Assembly (NCBI GenBank): GCA_002269645.1
Contig: NIVC01000600.1
Location: 1-64,000 of the forward strand
Origin: Macrostomum lignano
Taxonomy: Eukaryota
DNA length: 64,000 nucleotides
Direction of reading: 5' to 3'
The position numbers and the translations under genes are program-made. The notes under the pieces were generated by a model. The model had not been told where the DNA came from. It did not search any database and saw only the letters and a list, made by a program, of their open reading frames with translations. Of the stretch, positions 53,230 through 64,000 are shown piece by piece; the first letter of the stretch is position 1, and every line of letters begins with the position of its first letter.

Positions 53230-55040
53230 CCCTGCCTCTATCTACCTCTCTGCCTGCCTCTCTGCCTGCCTCTCTCCCTGTCTCTCTCTGCCTCTCTGCC
53301 TGCCTCTCTGCCTGCCTCTCTGCCTGCCTCTCTCCCTGCCTCTCTCCCTGCCTCTCTCCCTGCCTCTCTCCCTGCCTCTATCTACCTCTCTGCCTGCCTC
53401 TCTGCCTGCCTCTCTGCCTGCCTCTATCTGCCTCTCTGCCTGCCTCTCTGCCTGCCTCTCTGCCTGCCTCTCTGTCTGCCTCTCTCCCTGCCTCTCTCCC
53501 TGCCTCTCTCCCTGCCTCTCTCCCTGCCTCTCTCTGCCTCTCTCTCTGCCTCTCTCCCTGCCTCTCTCCCTGCCTCTCTCCCTGCCTCTCTCCCTACCTC
53601 TCCCTGCCTCTCTCCCTGCCTCTATCTGCCTCTCTGCCTGCCTCTCTGCCTGCCTCTATCTGCCTCTCCCTGCCTCTCTCTGCCTCTCTCTGCCTCTCTC
53701 TGCCTCTCTCTCTCTGCCTCTCTCCCTGCCTCTCTCCCTGCCTCTCTCCCTGCCTCTCTCCCTGCCTCTCTCCCTACCTCTCCCTGCCTCTCTCCCTGCC
53801 TCTATCTGCCTCTCTGCCTGCCTCTCTGCTTGCCTCTATCTGCCTCTCCCTGCCTCTCTCCCTGCCTCTCTCCCTACCTCTCCCTGCCTCTCTCCCTACC
53901 TATCTCTGCCTCTCTGCCTGCCTCTCTGCCTGCCTCTCTCTGCCTCTCTCCCTGTCTCTCTGCCTCTCTCCCTGTCTCTCTCTGCCTCTCTCCCTGCCTC
54001 TCTCCCTGTCTCTCTCTGCCTCTCTCCCTGCCTCTCTCCCTGTCTCTCTCTGCCTCTCTCCCTGCCTCTCTCCCTGTCTCTCTCTGCCTCTCTCCTTGCC
54101 TCTCTCTGCCTCTCTCCCTGCCTCTCTCTGCCTCTCTCCCTGCCTCTCTCCCTGTCTCTCTCTGCCTCTCTCCCTGCCTCTCTCTGCCTCTCTCCCTGCC
54201 TCTCTCCCTGCTTCTCCCTGCCTCTCTCCCTGCCTCTCCCTGCCTCTCTACGTGCCTCTCTCTCTGCCTCTCCCTGCCTCTCTGCGTGCCTCTCTCCCTG
54301 CCTCTCTCCCTGTCTCTCCCTGCCTCTCCCTGCCTCTATCTGCCTCTCCCCCTGCCTCTCCCTGCCTATCTCCCTTCCTCTCTCCCTGCCTCTCCCTGCC
54401 TCTCCCTGCCTCTCCCTGCCTCTCCCTGCCTCTCTCTGCCTCTCTCCCTGTCTCTCTCTGCCTCTCTCTGCCTCTCTCCCTGTCTCTCTCTGCCTCTCTC
54501 CCTGTCTCTCTCTGCCTCTCTCCCTGCCTCTCTCCCTGCCTCTCCCTGTCTCTCTCTGCCTCTCTCCCTGCCTCTCTCCCTGTCTCTCTCTGCCTCTCTC
54601 CCTGCCTCTCTCTGCCTCTCTGCCTGCCTCTCTGTCTGCCTCTCTCCCTGCCTCTCTCCCTGCCTCTCTCCCTGCCTCTCTCCCTGCCTCTCTCCCTGCC
54701 TCTCTCTGCCTCTCTCTCTGCCTCTCTCCCTGCCTCTCTCCCTGCCTCTCTCCCTGCCTCTCTCCCTACCTCTCCCTGCCTCTCTCCCTGCCTCTATCTG
54801 CCTCTCTGCCTGCCTCTCTGCCTGCCTCTATCTGCCTCTCCCTGCCTCTCTCTGCCTCTCTCTGCCTCTCTCTGCCTCTCTCTCTCTGCCTCTCTCCCTG
54901 CCTCTCTCTGCCTCTCTCCCTCCCTCTCTCCCTGCCTCTCTCCCTCCCTCTCTCTGCCTCTCTCCCTCCCTCTCTCTGCCTCTCTCCCTGCCTCTCCCCC
55001 TCCCTCTCTCTCTGCCTCTCTCACTCAATCTCTCCCTCTC
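53230..55040. repeat. TGCCTCTCTCCC-type satellite (~12-bp units)
   Basis: Direct reading; explains the ~680-aa Leu/Ser/Pro/Cys ORFs. Confidence 0.95.
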
Positions 55041-55959
55041 ACCCCTCATTCACCCTCTCTCTCTCCCTTTCTCACTTCTTCTTTATCCTCTCCATACTTC
55101 TCTCTTTTTCACTCTCTATTTTGCTTTTTCTCCTCAAGCCACTCGTATTCCTTCGCTTGCTCAATCGCATTCCCTTTTTAACTTAGTCTGTCTGTTGCGG
55201 GTCAGTGTTGGCAATGCTGCCGAGGTCTAATCAGCCAGAGTGCTGCTTAAATATAGATGAGCTGCAGAGAGGACAGCAAATTTTTAACTTGTTGTTCTTT
55301 GTCCACTTTGTTCGCTTTCCTTGCGCAACCCAATTGCTTTGTTTTCTTGTCCGATATCTCTCACCGCCCGCATCTGTTCTGGAGGCTGTTCAATCATTGA
55401 ATCGCTATCCGCTCTTCGTCGCCACCTAACGGCAAAACTGCGAATGAGTGATTGTGCTGTGAGGCTGGCTGGGCTGACTTGACTAACCTGAGCACCAGTT
55501 GTTGAGTTATGAATTATGAATTTCAAATTTTCGCTCTGTCAGTTTGTTGATGCTGTCTTCTGGTCTGATTTTCTCGTTGCTTCGAATTAATAGTTAATAC
55601 GACGTAGTTTGAGCGCCTTCTCCACACCGCTCTCAAAGCTGGATTGCGTATCCGGAATCCCGGATGCTTAAGTGGGCCTGCAGGATATTGCCGCCCCACC
55701 TGAGTCCTTCCTGTGCGACTTCCTGGGGCTGCTGTGTTGTATCCCGAGTGTTGATTCACCCTGTCCCCTTCTCTCTTTCTCTCTTCTAAGTCTTTCTAGT
55801 GGCTTGCGTGACGAAATGTGCGAATTTCCAAAACGGATTCAGGCCTTCGACTCGAATTTTCACCCTAACAATATGCCACTCACTCATTTTCCATTGCGGA
55901 GTTATCCCGTCCGACAGTTTTTATTGCGCATTAAATAAGTAGTTTGAGCAGTATATCAG

Positions 55960-56045
55960 CATGGCTACATGGGCTGGTAGCGAAGATGCACACGAACAGG
56001 TTGATAAAGGCACCATGCTCAAGCAGGCTTTCACCCGCCACTTCA
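55960..56045 (+). CDS. Probable exon of the PDZ-PH-RhoGAP gene (x-WLHGLVAKMHTNRLIKAPCSSRLSPATS), possibly PH strand 1
   Basis: ATCAG acceptor and GTGAGT donor; phase 1 to 0 is compatible with exons 43289-43419 and 59024-59317; WLH resembles the EGWLH start of the ARHGAP21 PH domain (weak). Confidence 0.5.
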
Positions 56046-56850
56046 GTGAGTAGCATTGATAGATGTAGGGATGCATTCAGTGCTAGCATTGATAGATGTA
56101 GGGATGCATTCAGTGCTAGCATTGATAGATGTAGGGATGCATTCAGTGCTAGCATTGATAGATGTAGGGATGCATTCAGTGAGTAGCATTGATGGATGTA
56201 GGGATGCATTCAGTGAGTAGCATTGATAGATGTAGGGATGCATTCAGTGAGTAGCATTGATGGATGTAGGGATGCATTCAGTGAGTAGCATTGATAGATG
56301 TAGGGATGCATTCAGTGAGTAGCATTGATAGATGTAGGGATGCATTCAGTGAGTAGCATTGGTAGATGTAGGGATGCATTCAGTGCTAGCATTGATAGAT
56401 GTAGGGATGCATTCAGTGCTAGCATTGATAGATGTAGGGATGCATTCAGTGCTAGCATTGATGGATGTAGGGATGCATTCAGTGCTAGCATTGATAGATG
56501 TAGGGATGCATTCAGTGAGTAGCATTGATAGATGTAGGGATGCATTCAGTGAGTAGCATTGATAGATGTAGGGATGCATTCAGTGAGTAGCATTGATAGA
56601 TGTAGGGATGCATTCAGTGAGTAGCATTGATAGATGTAGGGATTCATTCAGTGCTAGCATTGATAGATGTAGGGATGCATTCAGTGAGTAGCATTGATAG
56701 ATGTAGGGATGCATTCAGTGAGTAGCATTGATAGATGTAGGGATGCATTCAGTGAGTAGCATTGATAGATGTAGGGATGCATTCAGTGCTAGCATTGATA
56801 GTTGTAGGGATGCATTCAGTGCTAGCATTGATAGATGTAGGGATGCATTC
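56042..56850. repeat. 33/34-bp minisatellite whose unit contains the exon/intron junction TTCA|GTGAGT, ~24 copies
   Basis: Unit TTCAGTG(AG/C)TAGCATTGATAGATGTAGGGATGCA; about 14 units keep GTGAGT. Confidence 0.95.
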
Positions 56851-58014
56851 ATACGAACTGTATCAAGAGTTACTACTAGTGTAAGTAATGCATTCAGAGT
56901 ATGCGCTTTCATTTCATTTTCGTAATTCCCCTAGCCCCATCTTCATCAGTAATTTTTTGTATCTGAATATGCATTTGTCAGGAGACAGTGCATATGAATA
57001 TCAGGAATGCAGAGAAGCGAATGCTGGGGCTCTGTGCAATATATTCGTTTGGTTATAAAGTGTAACGATGGGCTATACAGATAATAGGGAATAATTTATC
57101 CTCATCTGGTTTCCAACTGCCTCCTGTTTTGTTGGTGCTTCCCGCCTTTCCCTGCGTCTCTCCTCTGGCCTCCTCTTCTCTGCCTCCGCCATCTTTTACC
57201 TCCCCCCCTAGCTATCCGCTTCGAGTGCTCTGTTGCATGCAGGCCAATGCAGTGTTGCCCTGTGTTAAAATACGCTCTCCTGCCTTCCTTTTAGTGCATT
57301 TTATTTTCTAAGAAAGCCAGATTTTAAACTGCGGTAGGTGGCCCTCCGGTAGGGGTCGTATACTTATTGAACCCTATGTACTCTCTCTCTCTGCATACAC
57401 ATTGGCGTACATCGCAAAGTGGACGGAACAGGGAGCTGAGAGGGGTCGGCAGCAACGGTCGCTTCCATGATGACGAACCCAGCGGCTGTGGCTTCTACCG
57501 CCCCCTCCCCCCAGCGAATGTGATGCGTCTTTGCTTGATCGGAAATCCCCTATTTATCTATCCCCACGCCGCCTGTCTGTTATCCCATCTGATCTGATCG
57601 GTCTCAGCAGCTCTCTCTGATTCGAAGTGTGTCCGGCCGGGCCATGCATATATAGGATATATATATATAGAGGGGGGCTGAACGTCAGCCGAGGGAAATG
57701 ATATGGCGAGATTAGCCGCAAAGTCTGCCGAGATTTGAAAATCTCCCGCGTGCCTTTCTCCCCTCTCTCTCTGCTTCCCCCTCCCCTATTCTGGCCTTCA
57801 AGCCAAAACAACTCTTCCGGATTTTGCATGGCAACTGCCTGCCTATAGGGGGGGGGGGTCTGAAATCTGAACTGCGGTCGGGGCGCTGGCATGCCATTGG
57901 AGAAATAGCTAAGAATAATAATGATAATTACGAGTGCCGCATGTATTGCATCTCAGCAATACATGAGTGAGCCAACTCTCAGTGTGCCTGTGTTCGGTAA
58001 TCATGGTTGCAACT

Positions 58015-58420
58015 CGCACTGCTGTAACATGTGTAACAGCAGTAGCGTCTGTCAGGCAATGCTGTACCCAGTGTCACACTGCTGTAACATGTGTAACAGC
58101 AGTAGCATCTGTCAGGCAATGCTGTACCCAGTGTCACACTGCTGTAACATGTGTAACAGCTACAGCATCTGTCAGGCAATGCTGTACCCAGTGTCACACT
58201 GCTGTAACATGTGTAACAGCTACAACATCTGTCAGGCAATGCTGTACCCAGTGTCACACTGCTGTAACATGTGTAACAGCTACAGCATCTGTCAGGCAAC
58301 GCTGTACCCAGTGTCACACTGCTGTAACATGTGTAACAGCTACAGCATCTGTCAGGCAATGCTGTACCCAGTGTCACACTGCTGTAACATGTGTAACAGC
58401 TACAGCATCTGTCAGGCTCT
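58015..58420. repeat. 60-bp minisatellite, ~6-7 copies
   Basis: Unit GCTGTAACATGTGTAACAGCTACAGCATCTGTCAGGCAATGCTGTACCCAGTGTCACACT. Confidence 0.95.
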
Positions 58421-58639
58421 GTGGGCTCTGGGGTCAGTGCTTGGGGTGGGTTATTTGTCTGGTGAGGGTTTGCGTAATCTGTGTACATCGTTGCTCATTC
58501 TCTATTCCATTGTTCATGCCTTATCTCTGTCACCCACCCCAATGCTATGCTGCGATGCTTATTAAATGTGTTTCTGATCTAAGGTTAACTTCAAAAAATT
58601 TTTGTAACAACTTGAGAGCTAAAGCTATTGACTTTCAGT

Positions 58640-58985
58640 CACACTGCTGTATTGGTGTACTGCTGTAACACCTGCGTCGAAATGGTGTAACCACTGTGTC
58701 ACACTGCTGTAACATCTGCGTCGAAATGGTGTAACCACTGTGTCACACTGCTGTAACATCTGCGTCGAAATGGTGTAACCCTAGTGTCACACTGCTGTAA
58801 CATCTGCGTCGAAATGGTGTAACCACTGTGTCACACTGCTGTAACATCTGCGTCGAAATGGTGTAACCCCAGTGTCACACTGCTGTAACATCTGCGTCGA
58901 AATGGTGTAACCCTAGTGTCACACTGCTGTAACACCTGCGTCGAAATGGTGTAACCACTGTGTCACACTGCTGTAACATCTGCGT
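58640..58985. repeat. 44-bp minisatellite, ~8 copies, sharing a GTGTCACACTGCTGTAACA core with the 60-bp array
   Basis: Direct periodicity; ends ~38 nt before the acceptor at 59023. Confidence 0.95.
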
Positions 58986-59023
58986 CGACAAAATAGGCTC
59001 CCCCCCTTGCATTCCGTTTCTAG

Positions 59024-59317
59024 AGCGCCTCTTCTAAAAGCGGAAGCGGCCACTCTCCGGCTCCGGAAAGTCGCCCCGGCCGGCTGTCCCGCGCCGCCTG
59101 CAGCCTCGGCATTGTCGGCAGCGGTAGCCGCCGCGCCCACTCTGTCGACGCTCTGGACGGTCCGGCCACGCCGCCAGGCAGCGCTGGAGTCGGCGGAGCT
59201 TCGCCTCCGGTTTCGGCAACGCCTGGCAAATTGTCTACCGCCAATTCGCTGGACTTGGAATCCGCCGTGTTCTCCGTCACTGTGGAGCGGGCGGCTGCCG
59301 GCCCAGAGCCTGCTAGG
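59024..59317 (+). CDS. PDZ-PH-RhoGAP exon, Ser/Gly/Ala-rich (SASSKSGSGHSPAPESRPGRLSR...AAAGPEPAR)
   Basis: CCGTTTCTAG acceptor, GTGAGC donor, 294 nt open, phase 0 to 0, GC-rich. This frame is not in the ORF track. Confidence 0.75.
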
Positions 59318-59337
59318 GTGAGCCGCACTCGGGTGGA

Positions 59338-59625
59338 TGCTGTCACAGTCTGTGTGAAATGCTGTCACAGTCTGTGTGAAATGCTGTCACAGTCTGTGTG
59401 AGATGCTGTCACAGTCTGTGTGAGATGCTGTCACAGTCTGTGTGAGATGCTGTCACAGTCTGTGTGAGATGCTGTCACAGTTGGTGTGAGATGCTGTCAC
59501 AGACTGTTTGAGATGCTGTCACAGTCTGTGTGAGATGCTTTCACAGTTTGTGTGAGATGCTGTCACAGACTGTGTGAGATGCTGTCAGTCTGTGAGATGC
59601 TGTCACAGTCTGTGTGAGGTTCTGT
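59338..59625. repeat. 22-bp minisatellite (GATGCTGTCACAGTCTGTGTGA)
   Basis: Starts ~20 nt after the donor at 59318; a stray further copy lies near 59752-59790. Confidence 0.93.
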
Positions 59626-61339
59626 CACACAGTAGTAGTACTAGTCTGTCAAAGGTGCTGTCACTTTGACAGTTAAGGGGGCCAATTTCATGTCAAACTG
59701 TTTCTGTCGCATGCCTGACAGGCAGTGATATTTTCCAACATCTTTGATCCCTGTGAGATGCTGTCACAGTCTGTGTGAGATGCTGTCAGACTGGCTAATG
59801 ACACTATATTATGCCACGCCATTTTCCAATTTTCTATTCTGGCTCTCCCAGTTGGGGAAAAGACGCTTTCGTCTTTCGCACGCCGCCCCCCCCCCAGCTC
59901 GCTTCATCTCGCCCCGGCCGTTGTCGTCCCCCTTCAGCCCATCAGTCTCACTAGTCTGGCTTCCCCTGTCTGCTTGCGCATGCCTTCGGCCTTCCGCCTT
60001 CGCCCTTCGCCCTTCGCCCTCGCCCTCGCCCTATCTTCACCTCTGGCTCGGCCGCCATCCCCCCATTTCTGATTTGCGTCCCGGCAACCCCCACCTAGCA
60101 GCTCATACTTTTCCTCTCTCGACTCTCCTCCCCGCTGTGCGATCATTCCGAGTTAGCCGCGAAGAGACGAGATGAGAAAGGAAGCCGGCCTGCTTCTAGT
60201 GGCAGCCAGCATTGGCAAAACTAGCTCGTAGCTCTCTCTCACTCTCCCTCCCTCTGCCTTAAACGCGCCTCTGAGTTGCTTGAGTATTTCAGGCAAGACA
60301 GACAGACAGGCAGCGAGATAGTGGGATAAATCCCGCGCAGACCTGATGGAAATGAGGCGGGAGTCTGACGCAGGAACTTCTTTTCCTTGCCCAGTAGTCT
60401 TATTGATGCGCGCTGCGCGGACTATAAGTAGTTCTGCGTTCTGTTATTATAAAAGTTCCTTTTTAGAACCAAATAGGGAGGCTCAATTGTAGTTAAGCGT
60501 ACGTAAGAGTTGATTATATTCCCTGTAGCATTGTTCCCTGTTCTCGTCGATAAGAGTGCACGCTGAGCACCTCTAAATATAGACTTTTGAGCGAGTATTT
60601 TTCATAGTCATACTTTGCTTGTCTCAGTGAAACGGCCCGCCTGCGGACTCGCCTGCTCTCTGAGACGCCACAGGGAGAGATGGTGATTTTTTTTTGGTTC
60701 GAGAAATGGAAATGGCGAGGGGGGTTGGCGCTCCGGCGTGGGCGATGCTGGCTGCGGGATTTTGGCTCCCCTCCCTCCCCCCCCCAGCACCCGAGCCTGC
60801 CCTGCCCGGCCCAATTCCTGCTGGCGGCCTGGCAGGAGATTCGGAGGGAGCTGTTGGGGCAGGGAAGAGAGGAGAATTCATTTTCTACTACTATATGGAA
60901 GCGCAAATATCCCCTCCCCGCTCCCCCAGCCCCTTCTTCTCTCGCCCTCTCTCGTCTCCGCTTAGCCACACACTTGCTGGCGGTCGGGCGCCTGCGCTCT
61001 TGCCCCACCGTTTCTCCCTGGCTGAAGCTCTCGCTTGCCTGCTCTCAAACTCGCTCTCCCCTCCTCTCCCCTGTCCTTTCGCCTTCATATCCCCAAAAAT
61101 CCTTGCTCCACAATTCTCCCTCTCCTGCTGCCTTCCCATCCTCTCGCATTGGATTTCCACCCCCAACACTGTCGCCTCAAACTCTACCCTCCGACTCCCT
61201 CTGCCCGGTCTCTGTTTCCATTCCGCAGTTCAAACTGGAACCCCTCCCCGCCCTCCCCTATTCCATTCCCCCGGACCTCTCCCGATAATCTAAGCTGCTT
61301 CGGAGCGAGAGATTCCTTTCCTAGTCCGCCAATTCGCAG

Positions 61340-61880
61340 CCGGCCTATCCGCACGTGGCAACATTGCAGACATCGGCGGGCACAGCGGCGTCACTGTCTC
61401 AGACTCCTCCTTCGTCATCAACTCTAGCGCCATCAGCCGCAGCCGGTTCCTACAGCATCGATGCCTGGATCCGAGTTGACCGGGACGCCAGCTTAACTGT
61501 GCTGCCAGTGTCTGGCGAGCAGCAGCAGCTCACTGTAGGCATCGGCAGAGACTGCTCCACCAGTTATAAGCGGCGCAAGCTGCGCCTCACAACGCCCGAC
61601 TGGCAGTTGGTGTTCCGTCACGACGAGGATCGCTACGTGAGGGCGCTGCAGGAGCGCCTGGCAGCTGGTCCGCCATTGACTCCCTCAAGGGCCCAGCAGC
61701 ACCAGCAGCAGCATCAGCACCAGACTCGAAGATCCCGGCTGCAGCATCAGAGAATGCTCAATAGCGCCAGCGTTGATGAAACTGGAGGCGCCGGCAGCGG
61801 CGGTGGCGGCAGCGGAAGCGGCGTTGGCTCTCCCCGGCCGTTCAAGCTGGGCCTCCTGCGGAACCTGCGCACCAACCGGC
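61340..61880 (+). CDS. PDZ-PH-RhoGAP terminal region, part 1: C-terminal half of a PH domain
   Basis: TTCGCAG acceptor, phase 0; YKRRKLRLTTPDWQLVFRHDEDRYVRALQERL resembles the ARHGAP21 PH segment [32 protein letters not shown]. The 3' boundary is uncertain (frame break). Confidence 0.7.
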
Positions 61881-61881
61881 T

Positions 61882-63045
61882 TTGGCCCGGCTCGCCTCCC
61901 CGCCTGGCCGCTCCGCTGCCGCCTCTTCGTCCGCCTCATCCTCAGCCTCCGCCGCCGCATCGCACCGGCCCGGCTCCTACGGAGTGCCGCTGCACCTGTG
62001 CCCGATGGGCCCCGACGGTGTGCCGCTGATTGTGCAGCTCTGCTGCCGGGTGCTGGAAGCCGCCGGCCTGCGCCGCGAAGGCGTCTACCGGGTCAGCGGC
62101 AACGCGCGGAACATCGAAGCCTTGGAGGCCGAGCTGGCCAAGCCGCCTCACGAAATGGACCCGGCCTGCGAGCTCTGGCTTGAGCACAATGTTGTAGCCA
62201 GCGTGCTCAAACGGTTCCTGTTGCAGCTGCCGGACCCGCTGATCCCGGCCGTTTACTATAACGACTTTGTGAGCGCCCAGCAGCTGCACGAGCACAGCGG
62301 CCGGATGCTGAAGCTGCATCGCTTGCTCAGCATGATGGAGGAGCACGCCGAGCATCCGCAGCACAAATGCCACAGGCGCACACTGCAGTACCTGGTCGGA
62401 CACCTGGCCAGGGTGGCCCAGCTCAGCGCCAGCAATCGGATGCGAGTCTACAACCTGGCCATGGTGTTCGCTCCGTCTCTGTTCGGCCAGCGGGCCCAGG
62501 AGACCCTGGTCTCCGACTCTGCTCACCTCATCGGCCTCACCAAGGCCATCATCGTGTACAGGGACTGGCTGTTCGCCGACTGGCAGACCGCCGACCTGTC
62601 CGTGCCCACCCAGCTGGACGATCAGGAGCTTGACGCTGATCCTTCCGCTGCCGCCGCCGCGTCTGTTGACGAAGCCGACTCGTCGGCGATCCCCGCAATC
62701 GACTCCTCCTCCCCGACGCCTGCGCCGCCACCGCCGCCGCCGCCGCCGCCGGCGTCGCCTCAGCAGCCGCAGCCGCCAGTCGACGTCGAAGAAGAGCACC
62801 GTCGGATTTTAAGCGTCGTTCGCAGCCTCCTTGCTGACTGGCAGCGTCAAATCGGCGCGGATTCGACCGCGGCTGCTAGCAGCAGCGAGGCGTCGCCGGT
62901 GCATCGCCGGCCGTCAACGGCTTCGTTGCGTCGTTGCGCCAGCATGAGCGACGAGGCGACCCAAAATGCGCCTGTGCCCGCAGCCGCAGGTGCCGCCGCC
63001 TCAGCGCCCGCCTCGACGCCTCCGTCTGGCGAGCAGCCGCTTTGA
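61882..63045 (+). CDS. PDZ-PH-RhoGAP terminal region, part 2: RhoGAP domain and low-complexity tail
   Basis: YGVPL..CP....VPLIV..C...E..GL..EGVYRVSGN (arginine finger), VASVLKRFL..LPDPL, NRM..YNLA.VFAPSLF; stop at 63043-63045. The true 5' boundary lies within 61882-61975. Confidence 0.93.
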   Translation: MARLASPPGRSAAASSSASSSASAAASHRPGSYGVPLHLCPMGPDGVPLIVQLCCRVLEAAGLRREGVYRVSGNARNIEALEAELAKPPHEMDPACELWLEHNVVASVLKRFLLQLPDPLIPAVYYNDFVSAQQLHEHSGRMLKLHRLLSMMEEHAEHPQHKCHRRTLQYLVGHLARVAQLSASNRMRVYNLAMVFAPSLFGQRAQETLVSDSAHLIGLTKAIIVYRDWLFADWQTADLSVPTQLDDQELDADPSAAAAASVDEADSSAIPAIDSSSPTPAPPPPPPPPPASPQQPQPPVDVEEEHRRILSVVRSLLADWQRQIGADSTAAASSSEASPVHRRPSTASLRRCASMSDEATQNAPVPAAAGAAASAPASTPPSGEQPL

Positions 63046-63094
63046 TGCTTCGTTTCTGCCAGCTGCCCTCAATTGGCACCCGCCGTTATACAGC

Positions 63095-63490
63095 TTTGCT
63101 TTGATGTTAACCGCCAGTTAAACTTCTCTTTGATGTTTGCCTCCAGTTTACGGGGATCACTTTGATGTTTGCCGCCAGTTTAAGGGTTCACTTTGATGTT
63201 TGCCGCCAGTTCAAGAGTTCTCTTTGATGTTTGCCGCCAGTTCAAGAGTTCTCTTTGATATTTGCCGCCAGTTTACGGGGATCACTTTGATGTTTGCCGC
63301 CAGTTTACGGGGATCACTATGATGTTTGCCGCCAGTTCAAGAGTTCTCTTTGATGTTTGCCGCCAGTTCAAGAGTTCTCTTTGATGTTTGCCGCCAGTTT
63401 ACGGGGATCACTTTGATGTTTGCCGCCAGTTTAAGGGTTCACTTTGATGTTTGCCGCCAGTTTAAGGGTTCACTTTGATGTTTGCCGCCT
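63095..63490. repeat. ~30-bp minisatellite (CTTTGATGTTTGCCGCCAGTT...) in the 3' flank or UTR of the RhoGAP gene
   Basis: Direct periodicity with three variant tails. Confidence 0.92.
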
Positions 63491-64000
63491 GTCGAAACTT
63501 TATTTTTTTGCTGCCGGCCGATTTCTTTCTTTAATGTTTGCCGTCATTTGCCACTGTCTAGCCAAAAAAGTGGACAGGGTACTTTATTGATTCCTTTCGA
63601 TGTTATTTTGTTATTTTTATCGTTAGGTTTTTAAACCTTGCAGCAATTAAGATAAAGAATGCTGTAATTGAGGCGGCCCTAATTATTCAAAGTGTTATTC
63701 AAAGGTCAGCTTGTTTATTTTTTCTTGTTGTTTGAGTGAGAACTAATCTCAATCTGTAACTTTCCGGTCTGTGCATCGGCCGTACTCTCTCCCTTTGAAT
63801 ACGAACAAGTCACCATTATCAGTTTTATAATATTTGTAAAGAAATTATGAGTCTTTTTGCGCCCTAAATTTTAGTACACAACATTTTTATAGATTTTTTG
63901 TTTCTCATGCTTTTAGCTAGCTTATATGTTACAGAGAATACAAATTCGAGTATATTATTATTATTATTTAGGCGCTTGTGCATTCCAGATTTGTACATTG

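Overview
Eukaryotic, intron-rich and repeat-rich animal DNA. Exons are GC-rich and introns are packed with mini- and microsatellites. This is reminiscent of the free-living flatworm Macrostomum, but that is inference only. Most long ORFs in the supplied track are translated tandem repeats. Genes supported by the sequence: (1) three minus-strand exons (TM1-TM4) of a histamine-H1-like class A GPCR (2705-7248); (2) OST4, a 38-aa microprotein absent from the ORF track (12513-12629); (3) a two-exon orphan membrane protein (17152-17832, minus); (4) an intronless secreted prohormone-like gene (22779-23348, minus) encoding 14 dibasic-flanked, non-amidated FF/FL-x(3-4)-R-F/Y peptides that I cannot match to a known family, which is the best novelty candidate; (5) a ~29-kb PDZ-PH-RhoGAP gene of ARHGAP21/23 type (33690-63045, plus) with an unexplained frame break before the GAP domain. 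Intergenic DNA holds Tc1/IS630-type relics, four hAT-type MITEs with 8-bp TSDs and a foldback element. Several intronic minisatellites sit at, or are built from, splice signals. One family lies sense-oriented just upstream of 3' splice sites in two unrelated genes. Repeat boundaries are read by eye and approximate.
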